NCBI GenBank assembly: GCA_003971905.1
Contig: RSEE01000010.1
Coordinates: 806,001-870,000 of the forward strand
Length of the DNA stretch: 64,000 bases
Direction of reading: 5' to 3'
Origin: Moniliella sp. 'wahieum'
Lineage: Eukaryota
The notes beneath the pieces were generated by a model. The model had not been told where the DNA came from. It worked only from the letters and a program-made list of their open reading frames with translations, and did not search any database. The position numbers and the translations under genes were made by a program. Of the stretch, positions 63,206-64,000 are shown piece by piece. Each line of letters begins with the position of its first letter. Positions within the stretch are counted from its first letter, which is position 1.

Positions 63206-64000
63206 TCACGCCCACGCATCCAGATCAGCACCTCCAATGTCCTCCATCTTGCCCTTGCGGCGAAAGGAAGGGTTATAATCCCCCCATACGCCGCGTGCAA
63301 TGCGGGCAGTGACCAGTTCTGCAATCGCCAGGCTGGACGTCAATCCCGGACTCTCAATCCCCAAAAGACTCACCAATGCTCCTGCTCCGGCATGATTGTG
63401 GGCGGCTGCATCGCGGGCGGGGCTCGAAGTAGGCCCGGGCTGGGAGATGGGCAAGGTGAATTGCCACAGGGGCTGGTCCTGCAGTCCTCGGGCAGCATGG
63501 AACAAGGGAAGGAAATCGACAAAGCCTGCCTCGCCCTGGGCAGGAGCTGAAGGTGGACCAATCAGTTTGGGTCGGATCCCCCCATAGGCCGGTGCCAGCT
63601 CTTGGGTAGCCAATGCAGGCAAATACAGATGGACATCTTCGCCCATCTGCTTCAGCTGGTCGCTCCCTTCGGCGAGGGGAGCAAGGTGGTCGGTCCAGTA
63701 GTCTGCCGCGTCGTCCCCCTCGTTGGGAGGGGAAAGCCATTCGCTGTCAGGGCCAAATCGAATGTTGCCTTGCAAATCAAGTGTGAGGTGGGCTGCAGTG
63801 CGAGCGTCAGCAGTCTGGTTAAGCAAGCGCAGAGGGAACAGGGGATAGACGTACTGCCCAACGACTGGTGGGAATACTTAGCCGCTCCCTCGGCCGTGGA
63901 ACCTCCAAAGTTGGGCGTGGGGTAGATCAAGTGCTTGACTTGACCCACACCGCCTGCCGAACGAGGATAGGAAGCATAGTTTCCCTTGCAATGCCACGCG
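63206..64000 (-). CDS. L-2-hydroxyglutarate dehydrogenase-like FAD oxidoreductase (3' part; gene runs off the window)
   Basis: 'KGNYASY', 'HLIYPTP', 'HLTLDLQGNIRFGPD', 'YGGIRPKL', 'LLGIESPGLTSSLAIAE'. Probable intron ~63794-63851. Confidence 0.85.

Overview
GC-rich, intron-poor eukaryotic DNA from a basidiomycete fungus. The gene set, short GT..CTRAC..YAG introns and protein style suggest Ustilaginomycotina; that placement is inference. I can recognise about 20 protein-coding genes: a dienelactone hydrolase, a TauD dioxygenase, a PKA-like kinase, a siderophore-iron MFS transporter, an AIF-like Rieske/FAD reductase, an OSCA/TMEM63 channel, a secreted lipase, PPN1, RIB4, ERD2, YOP1, a SAL1-type carrier, LEU2, KGD2, a STE20-family kinase, VMA3, a second MFS transporter, a DnaJ protein, a 'pathogen-related' protein, IND1/NUBPL and a partial L-2-hydroxyglutarate dehydrogenase. 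There are also a few hypothetical genes and an intron-containing tRNA-Gln(CTG). Most long genes, including essential ones, carry single-base frameshifts. These look like uncorrected long-read errors rather than pseudogenisation, so gene ends are approximate. Three observations stand out. (1) The intergenic DNA repeatedly carries tandem, 7-bp-phased arrays of different odd-length palindromes that all follow one rule, x-y-T-N-A-y'-x'. (2) The 2-oxoglutarate dehydrogenase E2 (KGD2) has two tandem lipoyl domains. (3) A ~99-aa four-Cys gene is missing from the ORF track because an intron splits its ATG.
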